Shown in pieces: positions 21,218-30,300 of a DNA stretch of 64,000 nt. The notes under the pieces were generated by a model that saw only the letters and a list, made by a program, of their open reading frames with translations, was not told the DNA's origin and searched no databases. Position 1 is the first letter of the stretch, and every line of letters starts with the position of its first letter. This DNA comes from an uncultured cyanobacterium (GTDB taxonomy: Bacteria; Cyanobacteriota; Cyanobacteriia; Cyanobacteriales; Nostocaceae), in NCBI GenBank assembly GCA_963740315.1, contig CAVUDP010000001.1:1280001-1344000 (forward strand), in the 5' to 3' direction. The position numbers and the translations under genes are program-made.

Positions 21218-21529
21218 TTATTGAGATGTCAGTAATAAAAAGCAGCCACCATTTAGTAAAAAAGTAATCACCGCACCAATAATTACACCTTTCATCACGA
21301 GCGGTTTTCGTTTGCGTTTCAACCAAATACAAATTGGAATTACATATAAAAGCTGCCATAGAGAAAAACAGCCAAATCCAAGAAGCCAAACACCCAAAGC
21401 GGTATAGCCACCATAAAGTTCTTGCAAAATTAAACTTAGGGCATATATTGCTAATAATGTAAAAATATGGATGATGAATAATAATAGTATGCCTTTAAGA
21501 ACTCCCCAAAATTCATTTTCTTGCGACAT
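21218..21529 (-). CDS. Small membrane protein, paralog 1
   Basis: Three TM segments; WQLLYVIP..KRKRK..MKGVIIGAVITFLLNGGCF; 10-bp gap to the radical SAM gene. Confidence 0.8.
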   Translation of the reverse strand: MSQENEFWGVLKGILLLFIIHIFTLLAIYALSLILQELYGGYTALGVWLLGFGCFSLWQLLYVIPICIWLKRKRKPLVMKGVIIGAVITFLLNGGCFLLLTSQ

Positions 21530-21539
21530 AGTTTTTTAA

Positions 21540-22952
21540 TCAATTCCGATTATTCACCAAATCATAACCAGCACTACCTTCACGATAAAACATATTAAAA
21601 GTGTCAAAAGGAATAATTCTACCGTCGGGGTGTACGATATGAATACAAGAACGTTTAACCGATCGCACGTCAAAGTTAAATGGATCGAGAAACTGCACTA
21701 TCATCACCCGAAAAATATTGGAATAACTGATTCCTGCGGGTACGTTAACCATCGGCAAACAACACAAAAGCTGTTTTAATGAAGTTGCAGCCGAAGCCGG
21801 TGAATGACTGGTAGAAAATAACTCAAAAACTTGGCGTTTTAACTCTTCATTCTGTTCGTAAAGTACGCTATTCGGCATCATTTCTACAAACGCTTCTGGA
21901 TTAATTAACCCAGTCAAAGGTATTACTTTACCATTGAGTTTCAATGCATATCCCATCGCCAGACAATCGGGATGACAGGGAACCGGAAGAATATCTTCGG
22001 GTTTAAAATATGGACTTTGCTCTAAAATCGATCTGCGAACTTCTGTAAGAGTATATCTATCTGTTTTGGGGTTAAATCCTGATAATCTCCCCGCAGCCTG
22101 TATCGGTTGAAACGTGACACCACGGACGCATTTTTGCTGTAGTGCGTATTCAATAATTTTGCCGATTTCGCCGTCATTTAAACCTTTTTTAACCGTAACA
22201 ACCAAAGTTGTAGAAATATTGTACTTATTTAATTGTGCGATCGCCTTTTCTCTAATAACCCGCAAATCAGCACCACGCAATTCTTGTAAAGCTTCGGGTT
22301 TAAAACTATCAAATTGTAAATATATTTCAATTCCCGGCATATATTGGGAAAGGCGATCGCAAAATGCTTTATCGTTAGCAATTCTCACACCGTTAGTATT
22401 AATCATCAAATGCTTTATCGGTTTGCTTTTGACAATATCTAATATTTGAAAAAACTCAGGATGTATAGTAGGTTCACCACCACTCAACTGCACGATTTGC
22501 GGTTCCCCTTCATTTTCTACAACCGCATCAATCATACTTTCAATTTGTTTTAAACTGCGGTGTTTTCGGGGTTGATGGGATTCCGAAAACTCTTCGACAC
22601 CAGAATCAGCATAACAAATTGGACAAGAAAGATTGCATTTATCGGTAACTTCAATTAAAGTTAAACAGCTATGTTGTTCGTGATCCGGACAAAGCCCGCA
22701 ATCGTAAGGACAACCGTATTTTATCGGTGTATTAAACTGTCTCGGCATATCTCCGGGCTTAATAAACTCCAGAGATTTTTTATAATATTCAATATCGTCA
22801 GCAATCAATACTTCTTCTCTGCCGTGAGTGGCACAATGTTTAACCAAATAAACGCGATCGTCTTGAAAAATAATTTTTGCTTCCACCTTAACAAGACACT
22901 TTGAACAAACGCTATTAGTCAAAGCGTAGAAAAGATAATTACGATTTGGCAT
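21540..22952 (-). CDS. Radical SAM enzyme of the MJ0619/Tes (tetraether synthase)-like family
   Basis: N-terminal CSKC..CATHG metal site, GCPYDCGLC auxiliary cluster motif, CNLSCPIC radical SAM motif, GGEP, IYLQFD, RGVTFQP..GR, C-terminal DPFNFDVRSVKRSCIH..PDGRIIPF. Confidence 0.85.
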   Translation of the reverse strand: MPNRNYLFYALTNSVCSKCLVKVEAKIIFQDDRVYLVKHCATHGREEVLIADDIEYYKKSLEFIKPGDMPRQFNTPIKYGCPYDCGLCPDHEQHSCLTLIEVTDKCNLSCPICYADSGVEEFSESHQPRKHRSLKQIESMIDAVVENEGEPQIVQLSGGEPTIHPEFFQILDIVKSKPIKHLMINTNGVRIANDKAFCDRLSQYMPGIEIYLQFDSFKPEALQELRGADLRVIREKAIAQLNKYNISTTLVVTVKKGLNDGEIGKIIEYALQQKCVRGVTFQPIQAAGRLSGFNPKTDRYTLTEVRRSILEQSPYFKPEDILPVPCHPDCLAMGYALKLNGKVIPLTGLINPEAFVEMMPNSVLYEQNEELKRQVFELFSTSHSPASAATSLKQLLCCLPMVNVPAGISYSNIFRVMIVQFLDPFNFDVRSVKRSCIHIVHPDGRIIPFDTFNMFYREGSAGYDLVNNRN

Positions 22953-22961
22953 TAGTCAATT

Positions 22962-23205
22962 TTGGATTTTATATTTTGGATTTTGGATTGGAAAGTAGTC
23001 AGTTAGGAGTTAGGAGTTAGGGATTAGAAGTTAGGAGATGATATTGCGGAGGAAGCGGAGGAAGCGGAGGAAGCGGAGGAAGCGGAGGAAGCGGAGGAAG
23101 CAATTTTAAATTAATTTTTCTCCCCATCTCCCCATCTCCCCATCTCCCCATCTCCCCCTCTACCCCCTCTACCCCATCCCCCCATCTCCCCATCCCCCCA
23201 TCCCC
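22962..23205. repeat. Composite tandem repeats (TTTTGGA, GTTAGGA, GCGGAGGAA x6, CCCCATCT)
   Basis: Read directly; fills the gap between the permease and radical SAM genes. Confidence 0.9.
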
Positions 23206-23781
23206 TCACCCTTCCTTCTTCTGCCCTTCGGAGACAAGCTCTGAAAGAATATTCCCCGTCAAATCTAAAAGTTGGTCTAGCACTAATCCGATAGTTCCGA
23301 TACAGATTATACCTTCAATAATGTCACTTACTTTACTTTCTTTATAAGCATTCCAAATGATAAAACCAAGCCCTTGATTGAGAGTCAGCATTTCAATAGA
23401 AATTGCGCTAAACCAAGCAATCCAAACAGCCGATCTTAAACCCTCAAATATATGCTTAATTACTACTCTAGAATTTCTAACTTGTTTGCGTCCGTGTCGT
23501 ATTCCTGTAGCGGTATTTATAATAATTGACCAGATAGCACTAAAGAAAACAATTACAATTGCAGCAGCTTCAGCATCTTTAAAAAATATTAAAGCGATCG
23601 GCAGTAAAGCAATGGGGACAATAGTATTTGGGACTTGAAATATCCACTTACATATTTGATAAACAAATCTATTTATACCAATAAAATACCCAATCAAAAT
23701 ACCCACAATAGCAGCGGGAACATAGCCTACTAATAATAATTGTAAGCTCGATAAAAGATTAAAAAAAATACTTCGTTCCAT
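23206..23781 (-). CDS. Short orphan ABC permease, NrtB/SsuC/TauC-like
   Basis: PIALLPIAL, WSIIINTATG, EML..GLGFIIWNAY, IGTIGLVLD; the EAA loop looks shortened and no ATPase or binding-protein gene is adjacent. Confidence 0.75.
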   Translation of the reverse strand: MERSIFFNLLSSLQLLLVGYVPAAIVGILIGYFIGINRFVYQICKWIFQVPNTIVPIALLPIALIFFKDAEAAAIVIVFFSAIWSIIINTATGIRHGRKQVRNSRVVIKHIFEGLRSAVWIAWFSAISIEMLTLNQGLGFIIWNAYKESKVSDIIEGIICIGTIGLVLDQLLDLTGNILSELVSEGQKKEG

Positions 23782-23784
23782 TAT

Positions 23785-24534
23785 TTAAGATTTTATGCGG
23801 AACATTTTAGGGATCGTGCGACGATAATACAAAATAGCGATGAGACAAGCTGTTTGAATTGCACTTAATCCCAAAAAAGCATGAAAATCTGGCTTAATAA
23901 AATCTATCAGGAAGCGAAAGGTTAAATAAGAGATTAAATAGAATTGAAATAAATCGCCTTGTTGGTAGTTATAGCGACTGCGAAAGCGGAGAAATATAGT
24001 TAAAATAATTAAAAATATAATTTCATATAGCTGCGTCGGATGGCGTGTAATTCCGTCACCGAAATCGATACCCCAAGGTAAATTAGTTGCTATACCGTAA
24101 GTTTTATCGCTCAAACCAGTTAGAAAACAGCCAATTCTACCAATCGCAGTTCCCGCAATTAGAGGGTAAACAAATACATCACCAGTTGAGCGGTTGACAC
24201 CAATAATTTTCTTAGTAATTTCTACTCCAATTAATCCCCCCAACAAAGCACCAACAACAGTTTTACCCTGTAAAAATAGGAATAAAAACTGTTGCCAATC
24301 TTGCCATAATAAATTGATATGTTGCAATAAAACCAGCAACTTTGCACCCAATAAAGCCCCTAGCATTCCACCAACAACAACAGAAGAACGTTGTGCGGTA
24401 GAAATCGAATCTTGACGCACGTTTCGCAACATCAAACGAAACGCCACAGCATAAGCCAAAGATTCAAATAAAATATGCGGATGAATTTTAAAAAAACCCA
24501 GAGAAATATAAATTGGGAATTGGTAATTGGGCAT
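23785..24534 (-). CDS. Prolipoprotein diacylglyceryl transferase (Lgt)-like protein, non-canonical paralog
   Basis: GRIGCFLTG..YG..TNLPWG..RHPTQLYE..YLTFRFLIDF; the canonical HGG motif is replaced by GKTVVGA. Confidence 0.85.
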   Translation of the reverse strand: MPNYQFPIYISLGFFKIHPHILFESLAYAVAFRLMLRNVRQDSISTAQRSSVVVGGMLGALLGAKLLVLLQHINLLWQDWQQFLFLFLQGKTVVGALLGGLIGVEITKKIIGVNRSTGDVFVYPLIAGTAIGRIGCFLTGLSDKTYGIATNLPWGIDFGDGITRHPTQLYEIIFLIILTIFLRFRSRYNYQQGDLFQFYLISYLTFRFLIDFIKPDFHAFLGLSAIQTACLIAILYYRRTIPKMFRIKS

Positions 24535-24653
24535 TGGTAATTGGTAATTGGTAATAGAAGTTAAGAGTTAGAAATTAGAAATTAAGACTTATCAACGATT
24601 TTTTAATCTTCTCCCCATCTCCCCATCTCCCCATCCCCCCATCTCCCCATCTC

Positions 24654-25250
24654 TTATTTCCCTATATTCCGTTTCATTTCTTCTAACTCCGCTTCGGTTT
24701 CCCAACGAAGGAATTTTTCTTCTAAGTCGTCGTAAGTTTTAGAACTGGAACTGGAATTGGGATAGGTGCTGCTTGCACTCCACCAACCTGCATCTGTTTC
24801 GATACGTTGTTGTGATTGCGCTTTTGTACGTGCTGCTTGGGCTTCTGTGGCTTTGGTTTGGACTTCTTGTCTTCGTAGCTGAATTTTTTTGTATAACTCT
24901 TTGGCTTGGGTGATGCGTTCTTTTACACCTTGCATTTGTCCCCAAAGCTGGTTTCCTTGTCGTAATAACGCTGCTTCTCTTTCTTCAGCTTTTGCGGCTA
25001 AATCCTGTCTACCAGCATTTTTCGCTTTTTGTACTCTAACGTGCCATCTTTGAATTTCTTGGGCTGTGGACAATACTTCGTCTTGCTTGCACTTTTCCTG
25101 TAACTGCAAATCTGCAATTAGTCTGAGAGTGTCTTCTTCCTGTTCCCGTAACTGTTCCAATAGTGCGTCTAATTCCAAATGCGGATTATTTCGCAGGAAT
25201 TCTTCTAAACGACTTTCTAGAAATTTGCTCAAATCGTCAAATAAGCCCAC
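24654..25250 (-). CDS. PspA/Vipp1-like coiled-coil protein (cyanobacterial TIGR04376-type)
   Basis: MGLFDDLSKFLESRLEEFLRNNPHLEL start, long coiled coil, KAKNAGRQDLA, C-terminal DLEEKF..WETEAELEEMK. Confidence 0.75.
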   Translation of the reverse strand: MGLFDDLSKFLESRLEEFLRNNPHLELDALLEQLREQEEDTLRLIADLQLQEKCKQDEVLSTAQEIQRWHVRVQKAKNAGRQDLAAKAEEREAALLRQGNQLWGQMQGVKERITQAKELYKKIQLRRQEVQTKATEAQAARTKAQSQQRIETDAGWWSASSTYPNSSSSSKTYDDLEEKFLRWETEAELEEMKRNIGK

Positions 25251-25611
25251 TTTCTCTTAACTCCAAACCTAAGCATGACTAGATTTATTGTAGTGATTAT
25301 TATCGCCAATGCGAAAGTAAGTTTTATTGCAAAAGCTTTTACCTCACAAATTAAATCACACATATTTGATATTTTTTTACTACTTACCTCAAAGAAGTAG
25401 AACTCATAACGACTTTCTTAACAATCACTCAATTCCATCTGGGGTAATAGTAATTAGTCAGCCCTAAGCAAGATAAACAAGTTATTCAAATAATCTAAAA
25501 TAAACGAAATTCTCGATCGCAAGAGCTAATTTTATACTCAATATAGCAAACGCAATGTAAGGGTATACACCTTGATTAAATTTATTTATTAAATAACAGT
25601 TCAAGTTCAAA

Positions 25612-26742
25612 ATGAAAATAGCAGTATTAGGACACAGAACATTCCCTATTAGCGAGCCTTTTTCTGGAGGTTTGGAACGGTTTATTTATTCTTTAGTAAC
25701 TGGTTTACAGCGAAAAGGATGCGATGTAACTTTGTTTTCACACCCAGATTCAGATGCAAGTCTTAATGTTGCTCCTACATCTTTTATAGATACTTCTTTT
25801 TGTACTACCTCTGACGAAAAATCTCATGAAGCTTTCTTGAGCATCATGGATTATTTGAATTACGATGATTTTGATATCGTTCACAATAATTCTTTAAATT
25901 ATTTTCCTATAGTTTTATCTGAAACTATATCTACTCCTTTAGTAACTACCCTGCATACTCCACCCTTTCCATTGCTTTATAGTGCGGTTAAACATCGCCA
26001 ACGTAGAGCTAACTATATTTCTATTTCCAAATTTAACGCCGAAACCTGGGGTTTAAATAATGGATTATCACAAATAATTTACAACGGTGTTGATACCGAT
26101 ATCTTTTCTTTCAGCGATAATAATTCAAAGGATTTTGCAGTTTGGACGGGAAGAATTATTCCTTGTAAAGGTACTCATTTAGCAATTGAAGCAGCTAAAA
26201 AAGCAAACATAAATTTAGTCATAGCAGGTCCAATTTGCGATTTAGAATATTTTGAAAACCAAGTAAAACCTCACTTAAATGAAGGAGTACGGTATGTGGG
26301 ACATTTAGGTAAGGAAGAACTGATTTCGCTTATACAAACTGCCTCAGTAACATTATGTACGCCAGTCTGGTCTGAGCCGTTTGGTTTGGTTGTAATTGAG
26401 AGTTTATCTTGCGGTACTCCAGTAGTTGCTTTTAATCGGGGAGCGATCGCGGAAATTATTGACAAAAACACCGGGATTTTGGTAACTCCAGACGATACCG
26501 ATGCAATGGCTCAAGCAATCAAACAAGCTAAATATCTTTCTCGATATGCCTGTAGGAAAAAAGTACTTAGCAATTTCAGTCTGGATGCAATGCTGTCAAA
26601 TTATTTACAAGCTTTTGAACAAATTGCAAATACTCGTACAAGTAGACAGAAATCATGCACATCGGCTACTACATCCACTCTCACGGTAAGGGACACTTAC
26701 AAAGGGCGCAGGCGATTTCAAAACACATTAAATCGGACGTAA
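25612..26742 (+). CDS. Glycosyltransferase family 4
   Basis: PFSGGLE, TTLHTPP, IYNGVD, GRI..KG, EPFGLVVIESLSCGTPVV. Confidence 0.92.
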   Translation: MKIAVLGHRTFPISEPFSGGLERFIYSLVTGLQRKGCDVTLFSHPDSDASLNVAPTSFIDTSFCTTSDEKSHEAFLSIMDYLNYDDFDIVHNNSLNYFPIVLSETISTPLVTTLHTPPFPLLYSAVKHRQRRANYISISKFNAETWGLNNGLSQIIYNGVDTDIFSFSDNNSKDFAVWTGRIIPCKGTHLAIEAAKKANINLVIAGPICDLEYFENQVKPHLNEGVRYVGHLGKEELISLIQTASVTLCTPVWSEPFGLVVIESLSCGTPVVAFNRGAIAEIIDKNTGILVTPDDTDAMAQAIKQAKYLSRYACRKKVLSNFSLDAMLSNYLQAFEQIANTRTSRQKSCTSATTSTLTVRDTYKGRRRFQNTLNRT

Positions 26743-27761
26743 CTTTTTTAGGAAGCAATCTTTTAAATTCTGATGTTTCTAATAGCTTCAACATCGTTAA
26801 TTTACCTCCTGATGAAGTTGGATATGTTCCTCCCGTACACATAAACGAAAACTGCGAAACCCTTTCCTTCCACTACGCACCATATGCAGCGAAAACCTAT
26901 CAGCAGCGAATGTTAAAGTTAGCGCAATGGGTAGAAACAACTCATCCCACGCTAGTTGTTGTTGATGTTTCGAGTGAAATAACTCAATATTTTCGGCTTT
27001 TGGGAGTACCAGTAATTTCCATGCGTCAACATGGCGATCGCAATGATTCGGCGCATCTTTGCGGTTACGATGCTGCTTACAAATTACTCGCACCTTATCC
27101 TCAATCTTTAGAATCGACATCAACTCTATATTGGGTTAGACAAAAAACGATTTACGTTCCCGGATTTTCGCGTTATTCGGGAAGAGTTTTAAGTAAATCG
27201 CAAGCACGAGATAATCTAGGGATTAACCAGCAGCAAAAAGTAGTTTTGGTACTTAAAGGAGGAGGAGGAGACAAACATTGCTTGGAAAGTATTTCGTCAG
27301 CTGCAAAAACAACTCCAAAATGGCAATGGTTTATAGTTGGTCCCACACAGATTAACAGTAATAAATTGCCGCAAAATATATCTTGTGAAGGATGGCAACA
27401 AGATACTTTTCCATATTTAAAAGCTGCTGACATTGTAATTGCTTCTGCTGGACATAACACCATAATGGAAATTGCAGAAGCACGAGTCCCGTTTTTATGC
27501 ATTCCCGAAGAAAGACCTTTTAACGAGCAAAAAGTTAAGGCAAAGTTGTTAGAAAAAATGGGTTTATGTCTTCATGTAAATTCTTTTCCTGCAACTTATT
27601 CAATTAAAAGTATTTTAGAATTATTGAGAAAAATGGATGTTAGTAATTGGAAAAATATCGTTTCATCAGATGGAGCGAAAAAAGCAGGAACGGCAATTGA
27701 ATCAGAAGCTTTTAAAATCCAAAATTCTCTATTAAAGAAAACTTATTGTAGGGTGTGTTAA
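26655..27761 (+). CDS. GT-B glycosyltransferase with GT28/MurG-like C-terminal domain
   Basis: IGYYIHSHGKGH, RQHGDR.D..H, GGGG, ASAGHNT, PEERPFNEQ; overlaps the GT4 ORF by 88 nt. Confidence 0.85.
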   Translation: MHIGYYIHSHGKGHLQRAQAISKHIKSDVTFLGSNLLNSDVSNSFNIVNLPPDEVGYVPPVHINENCETLSFHYAPYAAKTYQQRMLKLAQWVETTHPTLVVVDVSSEITQYFRLLGVPVISMRQHGDRNDSAHLCGYDAAYKLLAPYPQSLESTSTLYWVRQKTIYVPGFSRYSGRVLSKSQARDNLGINQQQKVVLVLKGGGGDKHCLESISSAAKTTPKWQWFIVGPTQINSNKLPQNISCEGWQQDTFPYLKAADIVIASAGHNTIMEIAEARVPFLCIPEERPFNEQKVKAKLLEKMGLCLHVNSFPATYSIKSILELLRKMDVSNWKNIVSSDGAKKAGTAIESEAFKIQNSLLKKTYCRVC

Positions 27762-27889
27762 ACGCATGATTATATTATCTCAATAAACGATGATTTAAAT
27801 CGCGTTTAACGCACCATCCGGGATTAGCCCTAAATCGCCTTCACTCTGGAAGAGTAGGGCTATCGAAACAAAGCCCACCTGCGTGGGCT
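27748..27889. repeat. REP-like elements (GTAGGGTG..TAACGCACC family and AGCCCAC..GTGGGCT family)
   Basis: Hairpins; related copies at 35499-35565 and 41567-41627. Confidence 0.7.
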
Positions 27890-27900
27890 AAATTATTTTC

Positions 27901-28749
27901 CTATGAATCATTTTTTCTAAAAGCTTCAATTTCCGATTCTGAAGGGTATTTCAATATTTCAATCCGATCGTCTTCTAACTTAATATATCCTAATTCCTCA
28001 AACTGCTTTAACCACTTATCCATCGGTAGAAAATTCCATTTATCGTAAAAAACTTTAGCATTTTCTACAATATCTGCTAAATGATTCAACGGAGGAGAAT
28101 AAGAAGCATGAAATTGATGATATGCTAAAGCGCTAATTTTATAAAAAGGCAGTTTATTTAAGCGAGCGGTAAACGAAAAATCTGTGTCTTCTCCACCATA
28201 GCCAACGAAACGGGTATCGAATCCGCCAATTTGAGTAAAAGTTGATTTTCTAATTCCAAAACAAAGCGACCAAAATAACTCATAAGCATGATTTAACCGT
28301 TGATTTCCTTCTATTTCTTTACCTTGAAGGTGATGGGGTGACGAATCAGAATGCAGCGTTTCAAAAGTCCATTGCTTGCGCCATTGAGAATGTAAATAAC
28401 GAATCGAACCTTGATAAAGTGCGTCTTCTTGTTCGAGATGATAAACAAAGGTTTCAATTAAATTAGGATCGGGAATACAATCAACATCTAAAAATATTAA
28501 AAATTCACTACGAGCAACTGAAGAAGCTTGCGATCGCGCTTGTGCTAAAGGTAATTTATGAGGGGAATTAATTACAGAAGAGTTAATTTGAAAAGGTGTT
28601 GATGAGAGTTCGGGTAAAGAATCATTCATGCATATAATGACAAGTTCCCAAGGATGTATTTTTGAATTAATTAATCCTTTAATTAGATTTTGTAAATGCG
28701 AAGTTCTTCGAGAATAAAGCGTGCAAACTGATATTTTATGAATTGTCAT
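27901..28749 (-). CDS. Glycosyltransferase family 2 (galactosyltransferase-like C-terminus)
   Basis: LPLAQAR, IFLDVDCIP, FWSLCF, GGFD..FVGYGGEDTDF, HQFH. Confidence 0.88.
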   Translation of the reverse strand: MTIHKISVCTLYSRRTSHLQNLIKGLINSKIHPWELVIICMNDSLPELSSTPFQINSSVINSPHKLPLAQARSQASSVARSEFLIFLDVDCIPDPNLIETFVYHLEQEDALYQGSIRYLHSQWRKQWTFETLHSDSSPHHLQGKEIEGNQRLNHAYELFWSLCFGIRKSTFTQIGGFDTRFVGYGGEDTDFSFTARLNKLPFYKISALAYHQFHASYSPPLNHLADIVENAKVFYDKWNFLPMDKWLKQFEELGYIKLEDDRIEILKYPSESEIEAFRKNDS

Positions 28750-28834
28750 TAAACGGTAACAGAAAGGTTTGTAGTTGCGCTTCAGCGCCTCTTCTCGGAA
28801 GGTTTAAAATGCAACTACGAACCATTATATTAAA

Positions 28835-30169
28835 CTAATCTATCTTTAATTTTGCAATCGAATTATTACTACCAGATTGGACAATTTTAAATTTCGTACC
28901 TTGAATAACTGAGTTTAAAAACTTTTTAAATTGACTAAATCCTTGTTTCTTGTAGTCAAAACCGGAAACTTGCTCTTTAAAAACCTTCTGAACATCTGAA
29001 AAACATACACCATTTTGTTTTAATGCAGTCTGGTAAGGCTCGTTAGTTCTCAAATATTCTAAAACAAATTTATAATTATTTTTTTTCTTATTCTTCCCTT
29101 GTTCAACTTTAGCTGTTGTTTCGTCCAGATTTTTTTGTACTGAAGCAGGTAATCTAATAAAGTAATCGCAAACAGCAGCAAATATATCATTGGTTTGGTT
29201 TTCATAACCGCATCCAATAACTACTTTCCCGTATTCATGCAGCTTTTTGGCTAAACAAGAAAATCCACCATCACCAGATACAATTGCAAAAACTTCTAGT
29301 GAGGGTTTGCTATGAATTAATTCAACTGCATCAATTACCAGTTGAATATCAGCTGCATTTTTATGATTACTGAAGCCAAAAATCTGAATCGGCTCAATAC
29401 CAAGCTGTTGAATGTCGTTTTTTATTCGGCTTAATCTACTATCACTCCAATCAGCGTAAGCATATTGTCCGGCAATTTTATTAACTAAACTGTATCGCTT
29501 TATCTTTTGTGTAATATCTTCTAAAGAAAAATTAAATTTAGGATTGCTATTACCTTCTGTTAAATTTTCGATGTCGTAAAGAATTACCGTGTTAAAACTT
29601 TGGTATGGTGTTTTTATCTCTTGAATTGCCGAAACTATCGGTTGTAAATCTATTGTTAGTGCAGGTTGTTTTTGAAACTGCATCACTTGCAGAAGTTGTG
29701 CTTTTAATTCGCAAGATTGCTGCTTTTCTTGGTTAAATTGTTCTGTTAAATTGTTTATCTTACTCTGAGTTTGAACGGTGTTTTCTTTTAGTTCCGTAAT
29801 CGTTTTTGACAAAATATCTTGACGCTGCTGATAAACACTAATCAAATTTTGCTGAATATCGCTCCAATCTGGGGGAAAAGCTTCGCGAGTAATGACTGTG
29901 AGCGCTGATTCGTAACCTGCGATCGCAATTTCTAAATTAATCGAACGATTTCCTTGTTCAAAGTTTTCAATTAAGTTACTAAACTTAACAATAAGCCTAG
30001 CGATGCTAACAGTTTTAGCTGGTTGATTTGCAAATGTTCGACTTGCGAATTCTCTTAAGCCCAAAGCAAAATTGCGATCGAGCTTATCTAAATGCTCTCC
30101 TAAAAGCGGATTTATATCTTTGTTTTGACTAATATCTTTTAAAAAACAGAGTATTAAATCTTGACGCAT
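28835..30169 (-). CDS. NYN (LabA/DUF88, PIN-like) domain protein with C-terminal OST-HTH/LOTUS domain and N-terminal TPR-like/coiled-coil part
   Basis: YDIEN, YADW, KNAADIQLVIDA, IVSGDGGF..L..GK.VIG, CDYF; FDYKKQGFSQFKKFL; N-terminal NLEIAIAGYESALTV.TREAFP.DW. Confidence 0.8.
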   Translation of the reverse strand: MRQDLILCFLKDISQNKDINPLLGEHLDKLDRNFALGLREFASRTFANQPAKTVSIARLIVKFSNLIENFEQGNRSINLEIAIAGYESALTVITREAFPPDWSDIQQNLISVYQQRQDILSKTITELKENTVQTQSKINNLTEQFNQEKQQSCELKAQLLQVMQFQKQPALTIDLQPIVSAIQEIKTPYQSFNTVILYDIENLTEGNSNPKFNFSLEDITQKIKRYSLVNKIAGQYAYADWSDSRLSRIKNDIQQLGIEPIQIFGFSNHKNAADIQLVIDAVELIHSKPSLEVFAIVSGDGGFSCLAKKLHEYGKVVIGCGYENQTNDIFAAVCDYFIRLPASVQKNLDETTAKVEQGKNKKKNNYKFVLEYLRTNEPYQTALKQNGVCFSDVQKVFKEQVSGFDYKKQGFSQFKKFLNSVIQGTKFKIVQSGSNNSIAKLKID

Positions 30170-30300
30170 TGCTGCAACCCTTATAATGCAACGATAAACT
30201 TAGTTTTCCCAAATTTTCGCTACATCTAACGGTTTGAAACAGTAAATAGTTACGAGTAAACACATCTATAATTCCTAACTCCTAACTCTTAACTCCTAAC

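Noticed and set aside
21540..22952. MoaA, or a confirmed tetraether synthase
   Set aside because: Lacks the MoaA C-terminal cluster motif and GG end; differs from Tes in C-terminal cysteines, so only family-level homology is claimed.
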